From Rebecca billardiae RCC1528 (taxonomy: Eukaryota; Protista; Haptophyta): a stretch of DNA of 64,000 nt. The notes beneath the pieces were generated by a model. That model did not search any database and was not told where the DNA came from. It saw nothing but the letters and a program-made list of their open reading frames with translations. Position 1 is the stretch's first letter, and the number at the start of each line of letters is the position of its first letter. Shown one piece after another: positions 36,148-46,930 of this stretch. The stretch lies in NCBI GenBank assembly GCA_965240325.2, contig OZ251235.1, forward strand, positions 248,001-312,000. The letters are read 5' to 3'. Position numbers and translations under genes: made by a program.

Positions 36148-36440
36148 TCAGTCAGCAAGCCACTGTGTGCTCGGCTCGGCGACTACCCGGAGCGCCGGCA
36201 GCCTGAGCCTCGGCTTCTGAGTGAGTGAGTGAGTCTGACATGAGCCTCAAGTGATGAGCCGCGGCCGACGGTCGGCACATTGATATTGACGATGTCTGAT
36301 CTTGCGCTGACGAGATTTGAGCTGCTAGTAACAGTGAGTTCACGTGCTCGGACCGCACCGGCTTCGGAACTATAAGAAGTGTCAAACTTCACTCGCGGAC
36401 GAGCCGCGCCCATGACCTGCGCGGCGGCCAGCATCACTAA

Positions 36441-39400
36441 TTATGGCCCGCGGTGCAGGGCGGAGCGCGCAGCGTGGAGCCCGCACCAGCGGGCCCGAAC
36501 AACGTTTCAAAAAGATCTTTGATCAAGAAAAAAGGGACGGGGGACGATTTTCATGGCTGGAGGAGACCGAGTTTCGAATTTTGAGACCCTCTCTAACATG
36601 CATCACGGCCGAAAAAGGTCGCGCCCACGGCAAGTTCATAGTAAAGCGTGGAGTGACGCCCGTCCAAAAAACTTCACGCCCTTTAGGATCCCTAACGTAA
36701 CGAACCGTTACAAGCGATTTTTCCGGCCAATGAGATTGCAGCAAGGTCCAAGGAGCGATGACGTATCTAGATGGAGATTGCCGCGAACCGATGTGACCAT
36801 GTACGTCCCTTGAATCAGTTGAATCAACTATTCAATCGCGCCGTGTCTGTATCAGGAGCCGACGAGGCAAGGGTCAGTAGCCGATGGGCCAACCTCGGCG
36901 AATCTCAATACTATCTGACACGAGTGGAGCCGGCTGCCCAGCAAAGCCAAACCTTGGTTGCCGCGGCTGCGGCGAGACTCACTGGCTCCGCGAGAGGGGG
37001 CGAGCCGCACGAGCGACCGACGGGTGAGGACGGCGATGGGCACGTGCGCGCGGCGAGTTGCGCCTGGAGCGCGCGGCTGCGGCGGGTCCCGACTGCCGTC
37101 GACATCGCGTTCGTGCCCCCGCTCACTCCGCGCGCCCCCGCCGCCCCGTGTCGATGCCTGCGCGCGGCCGCGCGCCGGTCGGCGCCGGATGCCTGCGCGC
37201 GGCCGCGCGCCGGTCGGCGCCGGGGCGCCCCGGCCGCGCCGCGGCAGCCGCCCTGTATTCGGGCTCTCGCAAGCTCGGGGGCAGCGGCGCCTGATGCCGG
37301 ACTGATCGATCTCTGAGTCTTCGACTTCACCACGCGCCGCCCTTGCCATGCCTTTCCGGGGAGCGCCGACGATCCGAGTCCATCGTCGACGGTCGACTCT
37401 GAGCGAGGGCTACGCCTCGGAACTGAACGGTACTCTACGAGGAGGACGAGCTGCGCGGGCGACGGTGGTGCGTGACGTCCCCAGAGCTGGCTGTGCCTCT
37501 GCAACGCGTGCCGAGCCTGATCGAGGTGTGTCAGCCCGTGCACGCGCGGCGTGCGCGAACGATCCGTGACTGGTGCCCAGTCGCACCTCCGACCTCGGCA
37601 CCGTGCTCCCTCGGGCTGTCAGCTCCGCGTGGCCTGGCGTGCACGTCGAGTTGCGCTCATGCGTCGATCACGCCTCGCGCCCGCCTGTCGGCCGTCGCGC
37701 AGGCGCTGGTCGAACCCTACTCGGACCAGTGCAAATCATCTAACTATCCTGGCGCTCGGCCGGTGCGCGGTGACCCGCGGCGGGACAGCGGTCAGTCAGC
37801 AGCAGCGGCCCGAACGAATCCGCGGCCCCGCACCGTGCTCCCTGGCTGTCAGCTTCGCGTGGCCTGGCGTGCACGTGGAGTCGCGCTCATGCGTCGATCA
37901 CGCCTCGTCGCATCCGCCTGTACACAATCGGCGCCGCGCCGGCGGCTGCGAAGTGCGCCGATGGGCCCGCGCCCCGGGCGCGGCGGGCGGCGGCGCGCCG
38001 CTGGAGTCTAGTTGTACGGGCATGCAACTCCGGGTCTGTCAATAGACGACTGCGATGGAGGGTGCACCGCCACCGCGGGCCCTGAACTACGTTCGTTCTA
38101 CGGAAAAGGACCGCGGAACGCGGTCATATATGTTTACCCGTATATGCGGCCATCACCGTCTGACACTGTGATAGTCGGCCCCGCGTTGCGCCTTCAAACG
38201 GTCAGCAGGCACTCAGGCAAGTCTGACAACTCACTCATGCAGCTAGCCTCTCCGAGACGCGGCTCGCGCCACCCGTGACTCGCGGCGGTGCCTCCTATAG
38301 GCCGCCGGTTTGAGGGACTATACTATTTACGAATAATGACCGCGTTCCGCGGTCCTTTTCCGTAGAACGAACGTAGTTCGGGGCCCGCGGTGGCGGTGCA
38401 CCCTCCGTCGCAGTCGTCCCGTACGTAACTAGACTCCATCCAGCGGCGCGCCGCCCAGCGCCGCGCCGCCGCCGGCCCGGCCCGGGCCGGCCGGGCGCGG
38501 GCGCGTCGGCGGCTGGCGTGCGCCGAGTGTGGATGTCGGTCGTCGGCCGAGCTGCCCTCATCACAGACGGCCCTTACCTGACCCCCTGCGCGTGCGCGAC
38601 GGCCGACAGGCGGATGCGACTCGGCGTGATCGACGCACGAGCGCGACTCTTGCACGCCAGGCCACCGGCGGAGGGGCGGGACCGCGCATTCGACCGTTCG
38701 TTCGGGCCTGCCGCTGACCGTCGTCGCCGCGACGCCAGCAGCGCAGGAGTAGATGATCTGCAGGTCAGTAGGGTTCGACCTGCGCGCCTGCGCGACGGCC
38801 GACAGGCGGGCGCGAGGCGTGAGCGACGCATGAGCGCGACTCTACGTGCACACCAGGCCCGCACGCGGCCTGAGCTGACTGACCGAGCCAGGGAGCACGG
38901 TGCGAGCAGCCATGCAGCACCGGTGCTTGCGCGCGCCGCGCGTGCACGGGGTGACACACCTCGGTCAGGCTCGGCACGCGTCGCAGAGGCACGGCCAGCT
39001 CTGGGCACGCCAGGCGCCCAGGCCACGCGGAGCTGACAGCCACGGGGAGCCGACGGCGCCGGGGTCGCGGCCAGTTCGACTTGCGCCTGCTCTGAAGAAG
39101 AGTTCTGGGAGACCCTGGCGGAGAGGCATGGCAAGGGGGGCGTGTGGTGAAGTCGGAGACTCAGAGATCGATCAGTCCGGCATCATGCGCCGCTGCCCCC
39201 GAGCTTGCGAGAGCCCGAACACAGGGCGGCGGCTGCGGCGGCGGCGGCGCGGCCGCGCGGCCGCGGCCGCGCAGGCATCGACAGGGCGCGGCAGGGGCGT
39301 GCGGAGTGACTAGTGAGCGGGCACGAACGCGATGTCGACGGCCGTCGGGACCCGCCGCAGACGCGCGCTCCAGGCGCCACTCGGCACTCGCCACGCGCAC

Positions 39401-39931
39401 CTGCCCATCGAGCGCCCCCTAGTGGACCAAGAGTCGTCGCGGCTCGCTCGCCACCCCCGAAGAAACCTGCGCACGTGCTTGCGACGGCGGCAGGTTTTGA
39501 GCTCGCCAGCTCGGTAAGTCAGTGACTATGGAATGGGCTGGCAACGAATAGCTGCGCGGGTATTTTCAATAAGGCTTGCGGGTTTTAGACTCTAGATACC
39601 AACCGCCGCGAAGCCAAGTTCATATTCATCAAGGCGGAGGCAAACTATCACACATGAACGAGAGTCCGTACCCACAAAATTTACCCAGCCTGGCACACTT
39701 GGGCGTGGGTTTCGTTGATTCCTCTGTTCACTATTCAAGACGGCGGACGCGTCCTTTTTCGACGAGGATGCACCTGTAAGGGAGTCTCAAAATTCGAAAC
39801 TCGGTCTCCTCCAGCCCTGAAAATCGTCCCCCGTTCCTTTTTTCTTTGATCAAAGATCTTTTTGAAACGTGGTTCGGGCCCGCTGGTGCGGGCTCCACGC
39901 TGCGCGCTCCGCCCTGCACCGCGGGCCATAA
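36441..39931. mobile_element. 3.5-kb foldback structure of two related non-coding DNA-transposon-like arms in inverted orientation (PIF/Harbinger-like TAA/TTA flanks)
   Basis: ~200-bp near-identical outer inverted repeats (36441-36640 vs 39735-39931). Internal inverted homologies at 37030-37360 vs 39120-39410, 37480-37740 vs 38760-39010 and 37985-38126 vs 38337-38470. ~210-bp central spacer. TAA flanks both outer ends. Confidence 0.85.
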
Positions 39932-40119
39932 TAACGTACATGCGCTGCTCAGTTACCATCAGTCTGAGTCACGTAGTTCCCTCGCGCCGGCACGCGCGAA
40001 TCAGTCGAATCACACTCACACTCGGCGGCGGCGCCGCGCCGAGCCCACTAGCGGGGCGGCCGCCGCAGCTGAAACCTGGCACCGGGCTGTCAGACCAGTC
40101 GAACATCATTGTCAAACAT

Positions 40120-41193
40120 TCAAACATAACACTGCGCGTAGGGTAGCTGCGCATAGGGTAGCAATCGCGCGATCATGTCGTCACTGAGCAGCATCTCGTT
40201 GCAGAAGTCGTCACTTCTGACCGCCGTCGAGTCGCTCCCAAAGTACTCCGCCAAGGGCTGCCACGCATCATGCGAGGCGGGAATAGCCGCTTGCTCAGAG
40301 AACGAGGGAGCTGGGTCAGGGCCTCTCATCATCTTGGCACAAGGGTGAAGCTGTGGTGGTGGCGACGGCGGCGGTGGCGGCGCAGCCGCATGCCCCGCAG
40401 ATGTCGATGCCAGGTTGGCGGCGGACGCGTAGCCGCCCGGCAGGCTGGGGTGAGAGGAGCGCGAGAGCGCGTTCGCGAGTGCCAATGGCAGCGGATCGGC
40501 GATGCAAGAAGGAAGAAGGGCCGTGTGCACCAGAGCGCCAGTGCCTGCGTACGCGGCCGACGCACCGAGGATGCGGATCAGCTCGGCCTCGTGCGCGCGC
40601 AGGAGATCGAAGTGCGCCATCGTGCCGGCCTGATGATGCCAGTCAGGCATGGTCGGCGACGCGCCCATGAGCAGGGCGCCGGGTACGGCCTGCCGCGCCA
40701 TGGATGCCTGCGGCGCGCTGGGCACATACACCTTCGGCGTTGGCGGCGGTGGTGCGAGCGGGACGATCAAGCCCGAAGGGGTGTTTGTGGACGGGTCCGC
40801 GGCTGTGGTGGGCGTCGATGCGGGAGTGGCCAGCTGGGCATGCGGTGGTCTGGTCTCGGAGAGCGTCTGCATCGCGAGCAGCGATGGCGTCTGCATCGCG
40901 AGCAGCGATGGCAACTCCGCCGAGATGGTGCCCTCGAGCGTGCGATTCGGCACGGCGTCTGCTCCGTGCCGCTTGCGCATGCGCTGGCGCTTGTTCTGGA
41001 ACCAGATCCGCGCCTGTCGCGGATGGATGTTGAGCGAGTTGGCGAGCGCCTCGACGGTGAGGCGGTTCGGCAGGCTGGAGACGGAGAACACGGTCTCAAG
41101 GATCTGCCTCTCGGACGCGTTCGGCTTCCACCGGCGGCGCTTGCCGTCCTCCGAGCCTTCGGCGGAGTGCGCGTGTTCGTCCCTCGGGTGCAT
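40120..41193 (-). CDS. Homeodomain transcription factor (non-TALE, Q50)
   Basis: KRRRWKPNASERQILETVFSVSSLPNRLTVEALANSLNIHPRQARIWFQNKRQRMRKR followed by a Pro/Ser/Ala-rich low-complexity region; intronless. Confidence 0.9.
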   Translation of the reverse strand: MHPRDEHAHSAEGSEDGKRRRWKPNASERQILETVFSVSSLPNRLTVEALANSLNIHPRQARIWFQNKRQRMRKRHGADAVPNRTLEGTISAELPSLLAMQTPSLLAMQTLSETRPPHAQLATPASTPTTAADPSTNTPSGLIVPLAPPPPTPKVYVPSAPQASMARQAVPGALLMGASPTMPDWHHQAGTMAHFDLLRAHEAELIRILGASAAYAGTGALVHTALLPSCIADPLPLALANALSRSSHPSLPGGYASAANLASTSAGHAAAPPPPPSPPPQLHPCAKMMRGPDPAPSFSEQAAIPASHDAWQPLAEYFGSDSTAVRSDDFCNEMLLSDDMIARLLPYAQLPYAQCYV

Positions 41194-41732
41194 AGCCGGG
41201 CGCTGATTTGGTGGCGGACAAGCAGAGAAGAGAGCGCCCGCAAAGGTTGCTGTCAGCTCGACGACGAATCGTGGGGTGAGGAACTACCCCTCGCCCCGCT
41301 CGGAACTTCGATCGGGGTCTCATCATTGTGATTCTCGGCGTTTCCGCCCGTGATTGTCATGGAACGACATTATGCGACATCCAATCATATCACGTGAAAC
41401 CTGCTCATGTTAAGGATCATATGATGTTGGAATTAAACATCGATCCCGGAGCCCGTTATAAAGGGGAGTTTTAAAACCAACATCAATTATGGAATCGCCG
41501 TTTGATAAAGGTTGATAAGTGATCGAATCTTCCAGAATGTTGCGCATTATTTTGAATACTGCCGGTGGAAGTTAAAAAACGGCGATCCGTCTGTCGTATA
41601 TTTAAGCAACAAACTTTGGTGCACTTACAACTCATCGTTGATAAATTGGGAGACCAAGGCTGCACACCCATTAAGGAGATTATTTCCAGATATCCAGATA
41701 TGATATCTCCATCACATCTCGTCGAAAACACG

Positions 41733-42701
41733 ATGGCGCCACCTCGGGCACGCTCGCAGGTGCTGCTGGCGCTCCTGGCGGTGGCCTCGCCTGCGGTTGC
41801 TCGTCGCATCGAGCTGCGCACCACCTGCCGCATCGTCGGTACCTCTTGCAGCTCGCTCACGCAGTTCTTGGCCACGCCGGCCAACTGGCCGCGCATCGTC
41901 GCGTCCTCATGGGCTGTTGAGGGGGACGCTGTTGGCAAGCCCATGCGCCGAGGGGCGCGCGTCGATGAGATCTTCGGCGCCCCGCCCATCCTGCCGCTGC
42001 GAGTGGCCTGGCAGTGTGAGCGCATGGACGCTGCGCGAGGAGAGCTGGACGTGCGCAGCTCTGCCGGCCTGGCCGGTGTCGCAGAGGACTGCCGCATGCG
42101 CTTTGTCGTACAGCCGACGCCGGCAGCCGTGATGAGGGCTGGCAACGTTGGCGCGGCTCAGCCGGGCGCCACCGTGGATCTGCGCATGAGCTACACCCCG
42201 ACATCTCCGCTGGCCGTCCTGGCCATCCCCATCCTCGCAGCGGACAACTGGCTGGCGCTCAACGTCCTCCTGCCCATGGCGGTTGGCCCGCCCCTCGTCC
42301 GATTCCGCCTACTCATGGGCTCACTGTATCTCGTGGCTGGGCTGAGCCATTTGGCGGATTGCCTGCTCGGAGAGAGCGCGTTGCTTCGCGCCGCTGGTGC
42401 TCCTGCCTTCGCTGAGCTCGGACCGGCTGGCCAGGCGGTGGCCTTGGCATGGTGTGCCGCAGGTCCATTGTCGTTTGCCCTGGCGATCGCGGGCGAGGCA
42501 TTCGCGGATGCAGGCCTCGTCGCGTACGGTGTCATCGAGGTAGCAGCCGCCGCGCTGGCGTCAGGCACGGCGGCGGCATCATCTGCGGCAGCCACTGCGA
42601 CAGCCTCCGAGCAGGACATGTCCACTCTCATCGCAGCTGTCGGTGTGCAGGCGTTGGTGGCCAGCTCGTGGGCATACGCTGCTGGCAGTAACGAGCAGTG
42701 A
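41733..42701 (+). CDS. Signal-peptide protein with SRPBCC/polyketide-cyclase-like domain and C-terminal multi-TM region
   Basis: Leader VLLALLAVASPAVA. FLATPANWPRIV...GARVDEIFG...VAWQC resembles the START/SRPBCC fold. About four hydrophobic helices follow. Family call by eye. Confidence 0.6.
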   Translation: MAPPRARSQVLLALLAVASPAVARRIELRTTCRIVGTSCSSLTQFLATPANWPRIVASSWAVEGDAVGKPMRRGARVDEIFGAPPILPLRVAWQCERMDAARGELDVRSSAGLAGVAEDCRMRFVVQPTPAAVMRAGNVGAAQPGATVDLRMSYTPTSPLAVLAIPILAADNWLALNVLLPMAVGPPLVRFRLLMGSLYLVAGLSHLADCLLGESALLRAAGAPAFAELGPAGQAVALAWCAAGPLSFALAIAGEAFADAGLVAYGVIEVAAAALASGTAAASSAAATATASEQDMSTLIAAVGVQALVASSWAYAAGSNEQ

Positions 42702-44081
42702 TGACTCGTACGTGTCACCTGACTCGTGAACCGGCGCCATGACGAATCATACAGACGACCGATGACGAAGTCGGGTTATTAGACTGCTTGATGCGCGATC
42801 TTCAATAAATAAGCAGTAGCTGCGACGAGGCGGCCGTAGCGAGTGTGACCCTGATCCGTCGAGCCGTGCCCCGTCCGAGGCTGGCCGAGTGGCACGCCTG
42901 TCGGATTCGAGTGCCGCGCCATGTGCTGCCTCTGCTGACTCTACTCTGCTGAGTGCTGTGAGCTATCAGAGTCGTCGTAACCGGACTGACCCGTGACCGC
43001 CGCGGTCCGGAGACGATGGATCGAGAGCCACTGTGCCTGTGACGCAGAGAGACTGAGACTCACTGAGAGAGATCGAGTGTAGTCAATAAGCAGTTAGCAG
43101 AGCTAGACGGTTGAGAGAGACAGACTCAGAGAGAGAGAGTCACGGAGGGTCTGACTAGCAGAGATGTGAGACCGAGGGAGAGACTAGACTCATTCTATGA
43201 TTTAACGACACAGGTAGGACGACGCGGGTCTCCTGATTCGTCGGTGGCAGTGCCCGATCGTCGACACGAAGTCGGCGTTGGTGGCAGAGCATAGCCTGCA
43301 CCGCGATCGGATTGCTTGAGACTATAGAGAGTTAACAGTAGTCGCGTATTTTTCGTAACGACCCACGTAGTTACAGCTGATAATGCCGGCACCAGCTACT
43401 GTGCGAGCGAGCTGTAGCTATGGCCAGCGCCTCTTGCCTGCCGCCGGGGCTCGGGGCGCTAGCGCGGCTAGGCTGCCTCCCGGCGGAGTGGCCCGATCTC
43501 GGCGAGCCCCGTGCCCCCGTGCCTGCCACCGTCATCAATCGTCATGGATTGAGTCATGCGGCACGGCGGGCGACAGTTAAGTCTGAATTAGTCTTACAGT
43601 TCGACTGTCTTTTGTCATCAATCAGCGCGGATGTGACCTCATCTGAATTTAATCAGCCTCAGGGCGCGGCTCATTAGATCACCGTACAGACTGCCGACTC
43701 GGCTACTGGCCTACTGTATCACAGGGACGGCAGCACTTGCTTATAAAAATAGTTGCTGTGTCAGGCCTCGGTCCTCAGACTGAGACCCAGAGCGGAGAGC
43801 CTTGAGCCAATGATTATTGATTAGGACCATATCACGATTCACGCTAACGCTTGAAGGGCGGCGGCGCCGGTTCAGATGTCAATGTGACACTTGAATCCTT
43901 GATGTGACAACAGACAAATGACAATCTAAATTGACTTAGGAGTTAGGATGCATTACATGGACACCTACTCGCCTACGCGGCTACGGGGCGGGCTACGCCT
44001 GTGTAACGGCCCTTGTGGCTGTGCCAGCCTGTGCCTGTGGTGCACCACTTTGCACTACCTAACAGCATCACCGCTACCTCA

Positions 44082-44164
44082 CAGTCTGCAGCCAAGCCGT
44101 TACACGGCACCCTCCGCCTCCCGCGGAGGCGGAGGGTGCCGTGTAACGGCTTGGCTGCAGACTG
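44082..44164. repeat. Perfect 40-bp inverted repeat with 3-nt loop
   Basis: CAGTCTGCAGCCAAGCCGTTACACGGCACCCTCCGCCTCC-CGC-exact reverse complement. Confidence 0.95.
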
Positions 44165-44484
44165 CGCTACAGTTTACTATGTTTTAACGTGCACACTTGG
44201 TTAAGGCGTGATTGACGCCATCCAACACTGCAGTAGGCCTCATATACCGTGGAAGTTGGAGTCTTGGAGATCGAGAAGGCTGAAGGAGATTGGCATCTCG
44301 CTGCCAATAAGATATCGAGATTCGAGTTGCTCGCGCGACTGAATAATGACTGAAACCGCCGCGGGCCCAACCGGGGGCATGCTGACCAGTGCGGTTCGCG
44401 CCTTCCGCGGCTCCCAAGGTCCTCGAACAGGGCACCTCACGTCCACCGCGCGCGGCGCGCCCCAGTGAACGGTTACTGCGCTCG

Positions 44485-46398
44485 ATGCGGACGAGCGACG
44501 CGCTCGCGCCCATCTGGGCGGAGATCGAGGCGACATGGCCAACTCGAGGCGAGTTCGAGCTTCTGCAGGTGCTCGCTCACATCGACGAGCTCCACGCCAC
44601 CGGCGGCATCACGACGGACCAGTTTGGCGAGCTGTCGGCGCGCGCGCGATCTGCGTTCGTGCCCGTGCACCCGCAGGCTAAGCGTGGGAGCCGGGGGCCG
44701 ACGCTGGTGGCTTCGCGTATGCACGCGGCCGCGCGCACGGACAGCAGGCATCAGGCCAATGAGCGTGCGCGCGCAAAGCTCGGACAAATCCGCCGCCAGC
44801 TCGCGGCGCGGCAGGTGCAGCGCCGCGCCTCGCTGTGGCTTCGGCGCCGGACGGCGGCCGCGACGTGCATCCAGCAAGCGTTACGCGGGCACCTAGTGCG
44901 CCTCGCCATCGTGCGTGAGGCCACGCTCGTCGCTGCGACACAGGTGCAGCGTGCCCTGCGCGAGCGGCGCACAGCCGCACGTGTCGCCGCAGCAACCGCA
45001 CTGCAGGCCCGGTGGCGCGCCGCGCGCACGAGGACGATGCTGGCTCGCCTCGCGCGCGCGCACGCGGCCACGCGCGTGCAGGTCACATGGCGCGGCGTGA
45101 TGGCACGCGCGTGCGTTGCTCAGATGCACGCTTGGCGTCTGACTGCAGCCACTGTGCTCGTTCGGGCGGCGCGTCGATGGCAGCGCGTGCGCGCAGAGGC
45201 GGCGCGGCACGCCGCTGCCGCTGCCGCGGCTGCGGCAGTGGCCGCTGCAGCGGCTGAGGCGGCATCACGGCGGCACAGTGCTGCCGGCACGCTGCAGCGC
45301 GGAGCACGCGCGCGTGCCGCGCGCGCGCTCCTCGCAAGCCTCAGCTCGGCGCGCGAGCTGCCAGAGGCGGAGCCCGCGCACGCCGCGGCCACAGCTGGCC
45401 ACGCTCAGTCCGCGGACGTGGCCATGCGCCCCCGACACCCGCAGGCAGCGGCGGCTTGGGCCGATGCGCCCGCGATCGTGGCGGCAGCTCCAACGGGCGC
45501 GCCCAAGGCCGTATGTGCCGCCGCGACGTACGACGATGCCGCCGTCACGCCGCCTCGGACCATGCACACAGTCCAGTCGTTCTCGCCGCTCGCCTGCGCC
45601 GCGAGCCCGCTCAACACGTCGCCGCGGCAACCGGGACAACCCCAGCCACCGCGCGCACGCAAGGCCGCCCTCTCCGCTCCTTCCAGCCACCGCGCCCTGG
45701 CCCTCCCAGCATTGCCGCCCAGCTCGCCACCGCGCGCTCGGCCCGACAGTCGCGAGCTGCTCGCCCCCAACAGCGAGCGTCGGCGCTCGTCCGCAGGCTC
45801 CGCTCGGCCCGGCACGCGGCAGCTCTCTCGCGCGCGCTCCGTGCCGCCGCCGCCGGTAGCCGTGCGACCAACGACCACGCCGAGCACGCTCCCCGCGCCG
45901 TCGCCGCCGGCGGGCGCTGCGGCGAACGCGGTGTCTGCGATGCGCGCGCGCTCCTACTCGACCTACTCGGTCGGGGCGCCGGCGCCGGCGTCTGCGCGGC
46001 CGCAGGCGGCTGCCATGATGGCGGTCGAGGAGGCGGCGCGTGCGGTCCAGGAGCTGCTCGAGCGCGCGGCCGCGCGCGAGGCCTCGAAGGCCGACCTCGA
46101 CGCCGGCGCGAGGACGACGGGCGCCTACGCGCACGCTCCGATCGAGCCGAGCAGCTCGTCAAGCGCGAAGTCCGCGCATCGGCCGGGCAGCGCGTACGCT
46201 GAGCATCCGCCCAGGGCGGGGCGCGGTCGCGTGCCCTCGGCGCGGCGCCACCTGGCGCTGCCGTCGCTCGGCGGCGGCAGCAGCGGCGCTCACTCAGCAG
46301 GGCGTGGGCGCACCGACCGGCTGCAGGTCGCGGGAACGCACGCGTACCGGCAGCAGCAGCACGACCGAGCCTTCTCATCGGTGTCATCCAGCGGCTGA
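44485..46398 (+). CDS. IQ calmodulin-binding motif repeat protein with Ser/Pro-rich tail
   Basis: About seven IQ-like units, including AATCIQQALRGHLVR, AATQVQRALR, AATALQARWRAARTR, AATRVQVTWRGVMAR and AAGTLQRGARARAAR. First ATG at 44485. Confidence 0.75.
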   Translation: MRTSDALAPIWAEIEATWPTRGEFELLQVLAHIDELHATGGITTDQFGELSARARSAFVPVHPQAKRGSRGPTLVASRMHAAARTDSRHQANERARAKLGQIRRQLAARQVQRRASLWLRRRTAAATCIQQALRGHLVRLAIVREATLVAATQVQRALRERRTAARVAAATALQARWRAARTRTMLARLARAHAATRVQVTWRGVMARACVAQMHAWRLTAATVLVRAARRWQRVRAEAARHAAAAAAAAAVAAAAAEAASRRHSAAGTLQRGARARAARALLASLSSARELPEAEPAHAAATAGHAQSADVAMRPRHPQAAAAWADAPAIVAAAPTGAPKAVCAAATYDDAAVTPPRTMHTVQSFSPLACAASPLNTSPRQPGQPQPPRARKAALSAPSSHRALALPALPPSSPPRARPDSRELLAPNSERRRSSAGSARPGTRQLSRARSVPPPPVAVRPTTTPSTLPAPSPPAGAAANAVSAMRARSYSTYSVGAPAPASARPQAAAMMAVEEAARAVQELLERAAAREASKADLDAGARTTGAYAHAPIEPSSSSSAKSAHRPGSAYAEHPPRAGRGRVPSARRHLALPSLGGGSSGAHSAGRGRTDRLQVAGTHAYRQQQHDRAFSSVSSSG

Positions 46399-46930
46399 CG
46401 ATGGCCCGTACGAGTACTGGACTGTCGACTCTATCTACGGCTACGTGACTCGGCAGAGAGAGAGACGGCAGACCGTTGGCGTTGACAAACTAGTATTACT
46501 ACATGTAGTACATGCTGTCGTCGTCTCGCAAGTGCTGATGACTACGACGATCACGGATGACTACGTTCAGATTTATTCATGAATCGCGCAATAACTGCCC
46601 GTTATAACTGCCTGCTTAGCTCATTAATATATCACGATGATATATATATGTCGATCACTCGATGCCGCGATATGGCGCACCGCACGTAGCCACAGCAGTG
46701 CTCAGAGCCTCAGGCCCTCAGTGCTCAGCGAGCCTCACGCCGCCGCACAGCCACACCGGCACACGCTCACGCACTACGCAGCACTCATTCCGTCGCCGCA
46801 CTCAGAGTGGCTGCCACGGATGGCCGCGGCGAGGCGCGAGTCTCCGGGTCACATCTCCGATCTCGGACTCCGGACGACAATCGGCGCTTGTGGGCGACAC
46901 GGCCATGCAGGTTCGGCGGGCTGACGACGC

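Noticed and set aside
42870-42925. tRNA-like A-box TGGCCGAGTGG followed by ATTCGAGTGC
   Set aside because: Box spacing is far too short, the B-box is imperfect and no cloverleaf forms.
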